A stretch of 64,000 bases of DNA from Sphyrna mokarran (taxonomy: Eukaryota): the NCBI GenBank assembly GCA_024679065.1, contig JAGIQG010000011.1, forward strand, positions 71,176,001 through 71,240,000, written 5' to 3'. Positions within the stretch are counted from its first letter, which is position 1. Every line of letters begins with the position of its first letter. The position numbers were made by a program, and so were the translations under genes. Shown here piece after piece: positions 63,250 through 64,000 of this stretch. The notes under the pieces were generated by a model, which did no database searches, had not been told where the DNA came from, and worked only from the letters and a program-made list of their open reading frames with translations.

Positions 63250-64000
63250 GGGGCACTTTGCCCAAGGTTCACAACAAGCATCCATGAGTCTCCGAGGCTC
63301 TTCTTTCTAGCATTATCAGCTCCATGCCGGAAACCAGCGCTGAGCTCATTATCATACGGAAATTCCACTTTCCATATGATCAGCAGGCCCGGGACCGTAT
63401 GCTGGAGACCCGCTAATGTCTCCTAATGGGGAACAGAGGCCATTGAAGCCCTAATGGGGTCAGCAGCCATTGAGGCCCCTCTGCGTGTTCGGGGGCAAGG
63501 GATGGTGCCACAGGGCATGGGGCAGTGCCAAGGGTACATAGCCAGTGGGGTTGGGGCATACCTGGGGTAGGGCATATTGGATTGGGGTATAGTGGTCGGC
63601 GCCTATTGGGGAGACGATTAGTTAAGGTGGGAACCTGCTGCCACTCTGCAAGTGGGATCGGTGGGAAAGGGTATGAGGCAATCAGAGTTGCCCATACTGG
63701 GAGTGGGGGGGGGTTGAGGGAGACAGACCTGGTCATCAGGGTGGGGGTTTGGTGGGGAATCGAGACTGATCATGGGGTGTTCGAGGCTGGTGGGGAGGGG
63801 GAGATCAGGGCTAACCCAGGGCTTCCAGTAGGCCAGCAAACAGGGGATGGGAGGGTCTAGAGCCCAGTGACATGGGGATTCTGGGGAAGGTCAACAATTA
63901 GGAGACCAGCAATGGGGGTGGGAGAAGTCCACTGCGCATGTACCAATTTCCGCACTGACAGATCAGTGCATGCACAGTAACCCACTCAGCATTATGCTGC
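63250..64000 (-). mobile_element. GC-rich non-autonomous element, runs off the window end
   Basis: 63930-64000 is a diverged reverse complement of 57435-57505 and 46005-46075. Confidence 0.65.

Noticed and set aside
1-64000. Prokaryote-style operon, defence system, CRISPR array, viral insertion or NUMT
   Set aside because: No dense coding, repeat-spacer array, viral or mitochondrial protein motifs were seen. Weak remote homology cannot be excluded without a TBLASTX or HMM search.

Overview
This is repeat-rich vertebrate genomic DNA. The SINE and LINE families (HE1-like V-SINEs, CR1/HER1-like, RTE, L2, Penelope, Deu-SINE-like) point to a shark, probably carcharhiniform (inference). The window appears to be almost entirely two large introns around one 78-nt coding exon (37638-37715, + strand). 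That exon encodes the arginine-finger segment GLDADGIYRVSGNLATIQKLRFVVDH of an ARHGAP9/12/15/27-family RhoGAP, most likely ARHGAP15. The rest is transposon debris plus several AT-rich, CpG-retaining unique blocks that look like conserved enhancers. The debris includes a young 5'-truncated CR1 RT fragment, Harbinger-type MITEs with 3-bp TSDs and a solo LTR with a 4-bp TSD. The most striking structure is a ~200-bp Penelope-derived insertion (58715-58915). It has a 14-bp direct repeat at its flanks, a 66-bp near-perfect inverted repeat and a minimal hammerhead ribozyme fold with one core mutation. I found no evidence for a new multi-gene system. Most listed ORFs are spurious or TE remnants. Repeat boundaries are read by eye and approximate unless TSDs are given, and family names come from recalled consensus motifs rather than a database search.
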